Of a stretch of DNA of 64,000 nucleotides, positions 1 through 8,971 are shown piece by piece. The DNA is taken from the NCBI GenBank assembly GCA_963710645.1, contig CAVQBD010000003.1, positions 176,450-240,449 of the forward strand, given 5' to 3'. This stretch comes from an uncultured Holophagae bacterium (GTDB lineage Bacteria; Acidobacteriota; Thermoanaerobaculia; Thermoanaerobaculales; Sulfomarinibacteraceae). A program made the translations under genes and the position numbers. The notes beneath the pieces are model-generated. The model saw only the letters and a program-made list of their open reading frames with translations, did no database searches and had not been told where the DNA came from. Within the stretch, counting starts at the first letter, position 1. Every line of letters begins with the position of its first letter.

Positions 1-220
1 CCCCACCTATTGACAACCCAAAGTCGCTGTCGGTGTCCAGCGTCGACCCGCCCTGGCCGTCCAGGCTGGTGTCGAACTGGTAGAAGGTCCCGAGCGTAAA
101 CTCCCAGCGTTCCTCCCGATCCTGCGCCCCGGCCGTCGTGGCGCCGGCGAGCAAGATCAACGCAATGCCGGCAAGGCACATCGATTTCGTCATCCGAATC
201 GTTTTCTTGTTCTTCATCAT
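1..220 (-). CDS. Outer-membrane beta-barrel protein, N-terminal part (continues beyond window start)
   Basis: ATG at 220 after GGAGGA. Reads MMKNKKTIRMTKSMCLAGIALILLAGATTAGAQDREERWEFTLGTFYQ..., a signal peptide followed by amphipathic strands. Not in the ORF track because it is cut by the window edge. Confidence 0.7.
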   Translation of the reverse strand, partial: MMKNKKTIRMTKSMCLAGIALILLAGATTAGAQDREERWEFTLGTFYQFDTSLDGQGGSTLDTDSDFGLSIGG

Positions 221-263
221 ATCCTCCATTGTTCGTCGGCTCAACGAGCCGCTGTTTTGTCTT

Positions 264-352
264 GGTGCCAGGGCCGACACTTCTGACACTTAGGATCGAT
301 CGGAAACCGATTTCCTCGTGACTGAGGTGTCAAAAGTGTCGGCCCTGCCACC
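264..352. repeat. REP/REPIN-like inverted repeat pair
   Basis: GGTGCCAGGGCCGACACTTCTGACACT (264-290) and near reverse complement GGTGTCAAAAGTGTCGGCCCTGCCACC (326-352). The same core recurs at 56019, 56070 and 56138-56158. Confidence 0.85.
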
Positions 353-396
353 TGCGGTTGGTCGAATTTGAAAATATCGCTCTGCACAAAAGACAA

Positions 397-954
397 TCAG
401 AACTTGACCGAATACTTCTTGCCCTCGAGGCACACGCTGAAAGCCTTCTTGAAGTTCTCGATCTGCTCGGCCGTCGCCTGCTGGACCTGTTGACCCTGCT
501 GCTCCACCTGTTGGCTCGCATCCTTCTTGGCACGCTTGGTCTTGCGGCGGGCGACGACCGCTCCGGCGGCCGCTCCGTAGGCGGCCCCCTGACCGGCGTC
601 GTCGCTGGCGATCTCGCCGATCAGCGCCCCGGCCGCGGCGCCACCCAACGCTCCCTTCGCACCCGCACCTTTTCCGGCGCCGGCGATCTCCTGCTGCGCC
701 TGCTGCGTCTGCTGCTCCACTTGTTGGGCCTGTTTGTCCAGCGCAAAGGGATCGGTGCCGGTGTTCTGAACCGCCCAGTCGTAGCACACGGCCTCGTCGG
801 TGGACTGCTGCCCGGGAGTCTGGCCCTCGTTCGGGAAGACATAACAGTCGATGGCTGCGGCGAGGGACTTCTGCGGCGCGGGTTGGTTCTGCGCCATGCC
901 GGTCCCGGCGACGATGGCGAGCAGCATGGCGGCAATCATAATTCTGGCAGTCAT
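397..954 (-). CDS. Secreted glycine-zipper (YMGG-like) protein
   Basis: ATG at 954 after AAAGGA; signal peptide; YVFPxxGQT..QQ..D...CY.WA; GAAAGALIG/GAAAGAVV zipper; terminal CLEGKKYSVK. Confidence 0.8.
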   Translation of the reverse strand: MTARIMIAAMLLAIVAGTGMAQNQPAPQKSLAAAIDCYVFPNEGQTPGQQSTDEAVCYDWAVQNTGTDPFALDKQAQQVEQQTQQAQQEIAGAGKGAGAKGALGGAAAGALIGEIASDDAGQGAAYGAAAGAVVARRKTKRAKKDASQQVEQQGQQVQQATAEQIENFKKAFSVCLEGKKYSVKF

Positions 955-968
955 GGTGTTGTGTCCTT

Positions 969-1406
969 TCACTTGCGGCCAGGTTCGGATGTGCCTTCGA
1001 GCGGTGTACATGCGCCGAAGACAGCAACCGAAATGCCCTCGGCCGCGATGGCGGCCGTGACCTGTCCGGTCTCTTCGGTGATCACCCAGCTGAAGGCACG
1101 CCCCATCTCGAAGCCATGGAAGACGATGGTCCCGTCCATCCGGCTCAGGTGATCGATGGGAGTTTCGCGGTTGAGGCCGCTGGCCTCGGTGGTGCTGAGC
1201 AGCCTGGCCCCGAGATCGACCTGGACGAAATCTGGGATGTTGAGGTTCCACGGCAGATCGATGGCGCATTCACCGTCCTCGAAACACACGGTGGCCTGGA
1301 CGGAGGCGCACAGGAACCGGTTCGAGCCGGTAAGGTCGTCCGCCCACCCCGTCTGACCCGGGAGAGTCAACATCGCCGCCAGAGCGATCCCACTGATGAT
1401 TCTCAT
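969..1406 (-). CDS. Hypothetical secreted Cys-containing protein
   Basis: ATG at 1406 after AAGGAAG; signal peptide MRIISGIALAAMLTLP; four Cys; operonic spacing. Confidence 0.7.
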   Translation of the reverse strand: MRIISGIALAAMLTLPGQTGWADDLTGSNRFLCASVQATVCFEDGECAIDLPWNLNIPDFVQVDLGARLLSTTEASGLNRETPIDHLSRMDGTIVFHGFEMGRAFSWVITEETGQVTAAIAAEGISVAVFGACTPLEGTSEPGRK

Positions 1407-1446
1407 ACACCGCTTCCTTTCCAAACAGACGTATTGCCGACGAGTT

Positions 1447-2190
1447 TCAGAAGCTGAAGGCCACACCGATCTGCGGGCCGGAGATAAGCATGTCGTAGCG
1501 GAAGAGGTCGTGTCTGCTGCCGTCCTCATAGTCCATGTCGATGGCACGATATCCCAGGATGATTGAAACCACCTTTGAAGCACGGAAACCTATGTTGGCG
1601 TAAGCCTGCCAAGCCATTTCAGAACCAACGCCGAAGCCGCCAATATCGCCGCGGGCCCCGAGCCACCAGCGCTCGGACAGGGGCGCCATGAGGCCGACCC
1701 CGACAAAGGGGTCGATCCAGCTCTTGCCGTCGTCGACGTCCTCCCCGATGACCTCGCCTGTGTAGCGAATCCCGCCCTCAAGATCCACCCAGCGCGCGCC
1801 CGCGAGCAGGGTCAAGACGGGCGAGACCCGGTACCCGCCGGCGACCTCGAACAGGGTCTGTTTGACCGTGGCTGTTGCAGTGCCCAGGGCCACATCCGTG
1901 CTCGATTCCAAATCCACATAGATCAGATCCGACGACAGAACCCAGCGTTGGTTCCTCATGTCGAAGTGGACCATCGCCGCGAAGTCGAGATCGCTGATGA
2001 CATCGCTGAATGGGTAATCCACGTCTTGGTCGATGCCCTTGACGGTGATCGAGCCGTCCATCCCGGCAGCGAACAGGTACGGCGCGATGGCGAACTCCCA
2101 GGCATTCGAGCCCGACTGGGCCACGGCCTGCGGTGCGGCCAGGGTCATCAGCCCGACGGCGAGAAGCGCGAGCAATGCTTGTGACCTCAT
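1447..2190 (-). CDS. Outer-membrane beta-barrel protein
   Basis: Signal peptide, WEFAIAPYL, WIDPFVG, GDIGGFGVGS, C-terminal Phe (GPQIGVAFSF). Confidence 0.85.
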   Translation of the reverse strand: MRSQALLALLAVGLMTLAAPQAVAQSGSNAWEFAIAPYLFAAGMDGSITVKGIDQDVDYPFSDVISDLDFAAMVHFDMRNQRWVLSSDLIYVDLESSTDVALGTATATVKQTLFEVAGGYRVSPVLTLLAGARWVDLEGGIRYTGEVIGEDVDDGKSWIDPFVGVGLMAPLSERWWLGARGDIGGFGVGSEMAWQAYANIGFRASKVVSIILGYRAIDMDYEDGSRHDLFRYDMLISGPQIGVAFSF

Positions 2191-2316
2191 ATCACCCTTC
2201 TTCCTGGTGATTCCTGACCCCGCAATCCCCGAGGCCCGACCCCAGCTGCACCATCGGCCGCCGGGTGGTCCGTCGGTCCCAGCAGCCTGCGCGGAGGATC
2301 TCCGATCACCGCTGGC

Positions 2317-2361
2317 AGGTTAGCTCTTAGACTGCGTCCTGGGAACTCGTAAAAATACGGG
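2317..2361 (-). promoter_or_regulatory. Regulon promoter 1 (23-bp box plus -10)
   Basis: Minus strand: CCCGTATTTTTACGAGTTCCCAG-16nt-TAACCT. Confidence 0.75.
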
Positions 2362-2435
2362 TTGCGGGCAGGATACAAACGCCGACGGCGGCTTGCGCCC
2401 CACCCCCTGGCGTCGGACCCTCCTCCAACTCCCGG

Positions 2436-3419
2436 TCACTCCAGGGCGACCGGGTCCCACTCCGGGTCCGGGTTGTAGCGTTCCATGGCGCGGAACTGAT
2501 CGAGCGTGGTCGGCCCGAGGTCCTGCTCGTAGACGACACCGTCGTGGCTGACGATGAAGGTCTTCACTCCGGTCTCGCCGTAGTCCACCGGAGCGGCGGC
2601 GAGCGCAAAGCCGCCGATCATGGCGCCCCCGACTACGAAGTCCATCTCGCCCAGCGGCGCGGCCGGTCCCTGGCCCTTGAGAACCTTGAAGTAGTAGCCG
2701 TGGAAGGGGCTGGGCTCCAGTTCGTATCCCTCGGCAATGACTCGAGCAATCACCTCGCCCACCGGCCCTTGCCAGGTCCCGTCCGGGGCCTGCCACGCCA
2801 ATCCATCCTGCGTGCCCGGTGTGCTGATGATGCGGTGCGCATACTGGTTCACCAGAGCGCCGTCGTGTTTGACCAGGGCGTACTCGTGCTGGGCCTCGAC
2901 GTACCCGAGGCACACGTCGATGGCATCGAACTCGTTTCTTCCGACGCGGCGGTAGAGCAGCTCCTCACGGCCCGCCTCGACGTCAAACCTCCAGCGCCCA
3001 CCATCCTCGACGATCGGTATGGGCGCCGGCCAGTCCTCGGCGCCCACGGAGAGGATGGCGACCGTCGGGTTGTCGGGATCTCGGACAATCTCAGTCTTGA
3101 CGCCGGCCTGGGCCGCAAAGGCCAGGCTCAGGTTGCGGTCGTGAACCGGGTCGCCGCTGACCACCAGGTCGACGCCGTCCGGCCCCAGGATTCGGGTCAG
3201 CGACGCGACGTCGAAGCTTTCGGATGCGTTGATGAAGGCTGCGGCCGCTTTTTCGGGTGTTTTGAACGTCTTCTGTTTGACTTCAGAACTCGCGGTGTCT
3301 GCCGCAGCCGGCAGCAGAACGGCTGCGACCGCGATCCCAAGGCAGAGGCCGAGACGAGCCACACGGAGCCGACGCTGGATGGAATTCTGATTGCCGTTTG
3401 ACGATTTCATCATGTTCAT
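2436..3419 (-). CDS. DUF2950 family protein
   Basis: F.TPE.AA.A, WPAPIPIV, GREELLYRRVGRNE, PFHGYYFKVL, YGETGVKTFIVSHDGVVY; overlaps the DUF3300 stop. Confidence 0.9.
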   Translation of the reverse strand: MNMMKSSNGNQNSIQRRLRVARLGLCLGIAVAAVLLPAAADTASSEVKQKTFKTPEKAAAAFINASESFDVASLTRILGPDGVDLVVSGDPVHDRNLSLAFAAQAGVKTEIVRDPDNPTVAILSVGAEDWPAPIPIVEDGGRWRFDVEAGREELLYRRVGRNEFDAIDVCLGYVEAQHEYALVKHDGALVNQYAHRIISTPGTQDGLAWQAPDGTWQGPVGEVIARVIAEGYELEPSPFHGYYFKVLKGQGPAAPLGEMDFVVGGAMIGGFALAAAPVDYGETGVKTFIVSHDGVVYEQDLGPTTLDQFRAMERYNPDPEWDPVALE

Positions 3420-4792
3420 CTCCGCCCCCCGCCGCCCCGTCCGCCGCCGCCCCGGGACCCCATGGACCCCATGCTGGAGGCGCCGCGCGAGCTCGCCGAC
3501 CGGGCGCTCGTTCCGCTGAATCCGCTCGAACTGCCCCCGAAGCCACCGGCGCTCGATCCGCTGCTCGACGGGATGCTGCGGCTGCCGATCTGGTCACTCC
3601 CGCCGCGGTTTGCCGCCGAACCGGCGGATCCGCGGCTGGCGGCGCTCGGCCCAGTGCTCGCCGACCGGTTGGAGGCCCCGGCGCTGCCTGCGGAACGGTC
3701 GGTGCCGCCCGCGCTGCCGGTCCGGGTGCCCGCTCCGCCCGCCGCGCTGTTGGAGACGCCGGCACTCCCGGTTTTGCTGCCAAAGCCACCTTGGAGTTGA
3801 GCGCTTGACTGGCCCGCGCTGGACTGGCGAGCGCTTGCCTGCCGGCTGCTCAAAGAGTCGCCGCGCGCCGATCCACCGTACTTGCTGGCGGTCGCCTTGT
3901 CCGCGTACGGAGTCCCGCCACGGTGTTGAGGGTTGTGCTCCCAGCTGCCGCCACCGCCCCGGTCGATGTTGGTGTTTCGATTGAAATTGTTGTCGATATT
4001 GATGTCGATGTCGCTGTGTCCCCAGCCACAGTGGCAACACGAACCACCCCAAACCGCTGCGCCCCACATCACTCCAAAGCTGAAGGTCACGAAGGCAGCG
4101 CCCGGCGTATAGGGAGGGTAATAAACGGGTGGATAGGGATAGACGGGCGGGGGGTAGACGTAGGTTGGGTTGTAGGACGGCACGTAGATCACCTCGGGAT
4201 CGGCGGATTCGACAATGATGACCGTTTTTTGCTCGACGACCTGGGTTTCGACCTTCTGCTGCTGATTGGACTCCAGCGCGCCTTTCTCCTGGGCCTTCTG
4301 CCGCATGCTCTGGACGGCATCCATGACGTCGCTCTGCTGGGCGAGAAATGCGTTGCCCAGCTCGGTGGTCCATTGGATGTCGTTGGCGAGCCGTTCGAGC
4401 GCCTCGGGGACCGCCGCCATGGATTGAATGCTCGGGTCCCACGGCTGCTCGGCGACCGCATCGGCCAACGCATCACCTTCGAGGTCGGGGTTCTTTGTGA
4501 GCCACTGCTGGAGCTGCATGATCTCCAGCGGGTAGGTCGAAGCGACAAGGACCTGGGCCAACAGCGCGTCGGGGTAGAGCGCGATGGGAGCCACCAACGA
4601 CTCCAGTTGTTCGGGCGGGATTCCGGCCGCGACCTCGTCGGCGGCCGCCGGGTCGGATTGCCGCGCCTGAACAAAACCCGCGCCGCCCATGTGGGCAATC
4701 ACGGCTGCAATCGCGATCACCGCGACAGCCCTTCGTCCCCGCCGGGTCGAATTGGTCGTTCCTACCATGCCTGCAAACCCCTTTCGCACCAC
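3416..4792 (-). CDS. DUF3300 domain protein with Gly/Ser/Arg-rich tail
   Basis: QLESLVAPIALYPDALLAQVLVASTYP, WDPSIQS, IYVPSYNP; low-complexity C-terminus. Start uncertain (4792 GTG or 4768 ATG). Confidence 0.9.
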   Translation of the reverse strand: MVRKGFAGMVGTTNSTRRGRRAVAVIAIAAVIAHMGGAGFVQARQSDPAAADEVAAGIPPEQLESLVAPIALYPDALLAQVLVASTYPLEIMQLQQWLTKNPDLEGDALADAVAEQPWDPSIQSMAAVPEALERLANDIQWTTELGNAFLAQQSDVMDAVQSMRQKAQEKGALESNQQQKVETQVVEQKTVIIVESADPEVIYVPSYNPTYVYPPPVYPYPPVYYPPYTPGAAFVTFSFGVMWGAAVWGGSCCHCGWGHSDIDINIDNNFNRNTNIDRGGGGSWEHNPQHRGGTPYADKATASKYGGSARGDSLSSRQASARQSSAGQSSAQLQGGFGSKTGSAGVSNSAAGGAGTRTGSAGGTDRSAGSAGASNRSASTGPSAASRGSAGSAANRGGSDQIGSRSIPSSSGSSAGGFGGSSSGFSGTSARSASSRGASSMGSMGSRGGGGRGGGGRR

Positions 4793-4822
4793 TTCCGCTC
4801 GATGTCTCCTGTCATTAGTAAC

Positions 4823-4867
4823 ACGGTAGCTGGCCGGCGGCTCCCTGGGAACTCGAAAAAATACGGG
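4823..4867 (-). promoter_or_regulatory. Regulon promoter 2
   Basis: Minus strand: CCCGTATTTTTTCGAGTTCCCAG-16nt-TACCGT. Confidence 0.75.
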
Positions 4868-4937
4868 GGAAGGCGGCCTCGAATATGGACCACGCGGCAG
4901 TCATAGTCGCAAGAAACCTGTTCTGCAGGATTCCGTC

Positions 4938-4982
4938 CTCGTAGTTTTCCGGGGTGACAGCCTCGCAAAACCCGTCTAACGT
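4938..4982 (+). promoter_or_regulatory. Regulon promoter 3
   Basis: CTCGTAGTTTTCCGGGGTGACAG-16nt-TAACGT (-35-like GTGACA, 17-bp spacer). Confidence 0.75.
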
Positions 4983-5033
4983 CGGGGCAGGTACAATCGC
5001 CGAGCGCTCGCCTCGGGCCCACAGGAGGTTCCT

Positions 5034-5585
5034 ATGAAGAGAATCGCACTCTCCGCCGCTCTTGCCGGCATCATCGCCCTGCTCGCCCAGCCGGCCGTCG
5101 CGGCCGACAACGGCTTCTACCTCGGTGCGAGCGTCGGCCAGTCGGGCATCGAGATTTCCGACATCGACGACATGGACTTCTCGGGTGGGGACACGGCCTA
5201 CAAGTTGTTTGTCGGTTATCGCATCCTCACGTTCCTCGCCGTCGAAGGCAGCTACGTCGACTTCGGTGCTCCGGACGACAACCTCGGGGCCAACCTCGGG
5301 ACCGTCGAAGCCGATGTCAATGGATTCGACGCCTTCGCCATGGGCATGCTGCCCCTGGGCATCGCCGACATCTTCGTCAAGGCCGGCGTGATCGCTTGGG
5401 ATGCCGAGCTCGCCGCGCGGTCGATCGGCGAATCCGAGTCCGACAGCGGCACCGATCCCGCCTATGGCATCGGCGTCCAGTTCAGGATCAGATCCTTCGC
5501 GATCCGCGGCGAGGTCGAGTACTTCGACATCGATGGGGCCGAGTACGTCTACATGTACTCGGTGGGCGGCAGCTACACCTTCTAA
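5034..5585 (+). CDS. OmpA-like 8-stranded outer-membrane beta-barrel
   Basis: AGGAGG RBS; signal peptide; GFYLGASVG, YKLFVGYR, AVEGSYVDFG, C-terminal SYTF. Confidence 0.9.
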   Translation: MKRIALSAALAGIIALLAQPAVAADNGFYLGASVGQSGIEISDIDDMDFSGGDTAYKLFVGYRILTFLAVEGSYVDFGAPDDNLGANLGTVEADVNGFDAFAMGMLPLGIADIFVKAGVIAWDAELAARSIGESESDSGTDPAYGIGVQFRIRSFAIRGEVEYFDIDGAEYVYMYSVGGSYTF

Positions 5586-5912
5586 AGGCGGAGCGACTGC
5601 CAGCGCACCAAGGAGGATCGTCAAGAGCATCCCGGTGCTCAAGATTCGGGACGGAAGGTTCTGAATGTCGTTCAGCACCTGCAAACTGGTGCGGCTGGCG
5701 TCGGTGAAGAGCAGCAGGACAAGACCGAGTTCGGCGAGAGTGAGCAGAACTTCCCCACCTTTCGCTCCGTCCGGCTCCAACCCGATCGCCGGGAATGCCA
5801 GAATCCCAAACACCGTGAAGACGATCGGCGCGGTGACGACGGTGCGCTCGAGCCGCCCCGATACCAGGCTGCAGACGAAGACCGCGGCGATGAACAGAAC
5901 GAGCAGACTCAT
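5586..5912 (-). pseudogene. 5' fragment of a cation:proton antiporter (CPA1/NhaP-like)
   Basis: First ~105 codons resemble a CPA1 N-terminus (SLVSGRLERTVVTAPIVF, LAELGLVLLLFTDAS, LPSRILSTGMLLTILLG). The ORF then runs into the antisense of the convergent barrel gene. Confidence 0.75.
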
Positions 5913-5966
5913 GTCTCAACTCGGGGTACTGATGAAAAACCAGCTTATAGATTGGCCCGCGAACGC

Positions 5967-6416
5967 CTACGGCAGTTCTTCCAGATCCGCGAGGTCTTTC
6001 GCTCGAGCTGCAGCTTGCTTGTTGAGCTTGAGGTGGTGCAGGCCGATCAGCTTCACCGTGACCCCGTCGAGTTCGTCCTCGACCCGCTGCCGATACGCAT
6101 CATAAAACTCGACGCCGTCGATCGAGGTCATGATCTCGATGCGCATCGGTGGGAGGCCCATGCGAATGATCTGGTCGGCTGCGAGAAACATGGTCTCGCT
6201 CAGCTTCTGCCCACCAAAACCGAAATCTTCGAGTGCTGCCACGACTCGTCGAGCGTTCTCCGGCGTCGAAGCAATCCATACGTCGATATCCATGGTCGCT
6301 CTGGGATAGCCGTGATAGCCGACCGCATACCCGCCGACAAGGAGATACTCAACGTTGTGACGATGGAACCACTGAAAGAACTCTTTGAAGTCGGGTGGTA
6401 GATGGATCGTACCCAT
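5967..6416 (-). CDS. Minimal nucleotidyltransferase-fold protein
   Basis: LPPDFKEF, YLLVGGYAVGYHGYPRATMDIDVW, LKLNK.AAARAKDLADLE. Confidence 0.85.
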   Translation of the reverse strand: MGTIHLPPDFKEFFQWFHRHNVEYLLVGGYAVGYHGYPRATMDIDVWIASTPENARRVVAALEDFGFGGQKLSETMFLAADQIIRMGLPPMRIEIMTSIDGVEFYDAYRQRVEDELDGVTVKLIGLHHLKLNKQAAARAKDLADLEELP

Positions 6417-6561
6417 AGATAACCTGCCTCATCAACTCGAGGGCGGCGAGCCTGTCGGTGGCTGTTCGCGTCAGCCAATAGGCGTTTTCATTCGATTGGT
6501 CGTGAAGGCCTTCAACCACGACAACAGAGCGTTCGAACTTCGCCAATTCAACGAGATTCAT
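6349..6561 (-). CDS. Small partner protein of the nucleotidyltransferase (TA-like pair)
   Basis: 70 aa, YWLTRT..DRLAALELMRQ..YGYD....RLQRV; overlaps the MNT gene; TATGAT 6 nt upstream of the ATG. Confidence 0.7.
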   Translation of the reverse strand: MNLVELAKFERSVVVVEGLHDQSNENAYWLTRTATDRLAALELMRQVIYGYDPSTTRLQRVLSVVPSSQR

Positions 6562-6639
6562 GGCCCGATCATACAATATCGCGAGACTCTCGCTGCATTT
6601 CCTCCGGTAAACATTCCGCACTTCAGCGCAGGAAGACCT

Positions 6640-8439
6640 TCAGTTTCCTATGCGATGTGGCGACTGGCTCGCTTCACTTGGTACTTGGCGGAACGCCGCC
6701 GCGGCGTGGCGGTTGGTCGGGTAGAAACGGTTCTCGTCCATCAGCTCTATGAGCTCGTATTTCTCCAACCAGGTGCGGAAAGAACGGTCGGCGCGGCTGA
6801 CCGCAAAGACGATTTCGCGGTCGGCGAGCATAGTGATCGCCTGCCGCAGGACTTCTGCGCCGGTGGTGTCGACGTCGATCATCGCTTCCGCGTCCAGCAC
6901 GAACCAGCGGACAGGAGTGGCGGGGCTTGCGAGGATCTGCTCGATCTCGTCGAGAAAGAGGGTCGCGTTGGCGAAGTAGAGCGGGGCGCCGAAACGGTAG
7001 ATGACCAGACCCGAAGAGTTGGCATCGTCGCCCGCGCCCGCGGGAGTGAAATAGCTGCCGTCAGGGGCTTCCAGCAGCACCGATGTGTCCGGTTGGGACA
7101 CCCGCCGGATCACGTCGATGAGGGACAAAAGGAAGGCGATGGCGACGGCGCGCAGCGGGCCCAGGGCCAGCACGCTCACCAGGCAGACGGCGGCAATCCA
7201 GAAGTCCGAACGGCGCATCCGCCACAGCTCGCGGAGCTCGTGGACATCGATCAACGACAGTACCGCGTTGGCCACGATTCCGGCCAGGGCCGCATTGGGC
7301 AGGTACGCCAGCATGTCGGTGAAGAAGAGCATGACGACCGTGATCGTCCCGGCCGCCACCAGGCTGGGCAGCTGGCTCTTTGCGCCCGCGCCATCCATCG
7401 CCGCCGACCGGGAGGGGCTGTTGCCGGTGACCAACGAGCCGGTGAAGCCGGCGGCGAGGTTGGCCGCGCCCCAGGCGAACAGCATCTGATCGCCGTCCGC
7501 CTTGTAGCCGTATTTGCTGCTGTAGCTGCGGACCACGAGCAGACCTTCGCACATGAGGATAGCCACGATCGCCAGGGCGCTTGGCAGCAGCCGCAGGTAA
7601 TCGGCCGCAGGGATGGCGGGAACTGTCAACGCCGGGAGGCCCGAGGGAATCGCACCGAGTACACCGACCCCCTTGGCAGCGAGGTCGAAGACCGCGACGA
7701 TGACCGTCAGCAGTGTCAGGGCCACCAGCGCCCCGGGGATCTTTGGTGCGTACCGTTTCATCAGCCGGACGATCAGGAAGGCGCTGACCCCTATGGCCAC
7801 CGACCACAGATTGGCGCGAGGAATCGAGTCGAACAGGGCCACGAGTTCGAGGAAATAGCCCTCGGTGTTCACCGAGCTCGCCATGGCACCGTGGAGCTGT
7901 TCCGCCGCCGCCAGCACGCCCGACCCCGCGTCGGCCACGTGGGGCGCGGCGAGGATTTTCCGCACCTGGTTTGTGAACACCTCGATCCCGAGACCGGTGA
8001 TGAAGCCCACCATCACGGCATGGGACAGGAAGTTGGCGAGGAACGCCAGCCGGAAGAACCAGAAGACGAAGAAGACAAGCCCGCAGATTACGGCCAGGGC
8101 CAGGGCGTACTGCAGACGCTGCGGGTCTCCGGGGGCGGCAAAGGCGACGAGGGCGGCGCCAACCAGCCCGGCCATGGAGGCATCGGGGCTGGTCACCAGG
8201 TGACGCGAGCTGGTGAGCAGGGCGAAGACGACCAGCGGGATGATGGCCGCATAGAGACCGGCCACGGGCGGCAGACCGGCCACCTGGGCATAGCCGATGT
8301 TGAGCGGGATCATCAGGGCGGCCAGGGTGATGCCCGCCGAGACCTCGCGGGGGACGTCGGCCGGCGTGATCCCTCGCAGGCCGATGAACGGGCGTGGCCA
8401 GCTGATCTTGGCGAGCATGGAGGGATTCTCTTCACTCAT
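6640..8439 (-). CDS. sulP: SulP family anion transporter with STAS domain
   Basis: AGITLAALMIPLNIGYAQVAGLPPVAGLYA, GNSPSRS, YRFGAPLYFANA, LDAEAMIDVDTTG. Confidence 0.92.
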   Translation of the reverse strand: MSEENPSMLAKISWPRPFIGLRGITPADVPREVSAGITLAALMIPLNIGYAQVAGLPPVAGLYAAIIPLVVFALLTSSRHLVTSPDASMAGLVGAALVAFAAPGDPQRLQYALALAVICGLVFFVFWFFRLAFLANFLSHAVMVGFITGLGIEVFTNQVRKILAAPHVADAGSGVLAAAEQLHGAMASSVNTEGYFLELVALFDSIPRANLWSVAIGVSAFLIVRLMKRYAPKIPGALVALTLLTVIVAVFDLAAKGVGVLGAIPSGLPALTVPAIPAADYLRLLPSALAIVAILMCEGLLVVRSYSSKYGYKADGDQMLFAWGAANLAAGFTGSLVTGNSPSRSAAMDGAGAKSQLPSLVAAGTITVVMLFFTDMLAYLPNAALAGIVANAVLSLIDVHELRELWRMRRSDFWIAAVCLVSVLALGPLRAVAIAFLLSLIDVIRRVSQPDTSVLLEAPDGSYFTPAGAGDDANSSGLVIYRFGAPLYFANATLFLDEIEQILASPATPVRWFVLDAEAMIDVDTTGAEVLRQAITMLADREIVFAVSRADRSFRTWLEKYELIELMDENRFYPTNRHAAAAFRQVPSEASQSPHRIGN

Positions 8440-8908
8440 CGGCCGACTCCTCTTTCACGGGGTTTTCGGGATCGGGCTTCGTGTGGGCCGCCGACGTGTC
8501 GGCTCCCCCACCCCAACGACGGCGCAGAGAGTGCGCGACGCGCAAGATCGGGCCGCGAACCAGAAAGTACGGGACAATGGCGCACACCACGGCCACGATG
8601 AGCATCTGCCCAGGATGGAACGCCTTCAAAACCAGAAGCTGGTACGCCGTGTCGAGCACGCACGCGATGATGAAGACCCTCCCGAAGTCCTTGAGTCCCG
8701 AACGGAAGAGCCGTCGCCTCTCGGTCGGGCTCGTAACGAAGGCCCCAAAAAAGATTGGATTCCCTTCTTTGACGTCCCTCAGATGGGCCCTGATCGCGAG
8801 GATGGTGACCACGGTCGGCATGACCACCAGCCGGAAGTGCAACGGCCCATCCGCCCGGGCGATCAGCTGTGAAGCCGTGCGGGAGATCGATTCCAGGATG
8901 GCGTCCAT
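8432..8908 (-). CDS. Hypothetical membrane protein
   Basis: RADGPLHFRLVVMP and hydrophobic segments; overlaps the sulP start. Confidence 0.75.
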   Translation of the reverse strand: MDAILESISRTASQLIARADGPLHFRLVVMPTVVTILAIRAHLRDVKEGNPIFFGAFVTSPTERRRLFRSGLKDFGRVFIIACVLDTAYQLLVLKAFHPGQMLIVAVVCAIVPYFLVRGPILRVAHSLRRRWGGGADTSAAHTKPDPENPVKEESADE

Positions 8909-8971
8909 TTCTTACCCCCGCCTGCATCCGGATGGCCGCTGTCCCAATTGGCGTTCTGCGCGTCCCATACA

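Noticed and set aside
4815-5912. 365-aa full-length membrane protein
   Set aside because: The C-terminal two thirds is the antisense of the porin gene; only the first ~105 codons look genuinely coding.
6385-8601. Long plus-strand ORF (738 aa) and similar ORFs at 9236-10726, 11838-13358, 18564-20768 and 45955-47553
   Set aside because: These are antisense shadows of well-supported genes, expected with high-GC codon bias, and carry no recognisable motifs.
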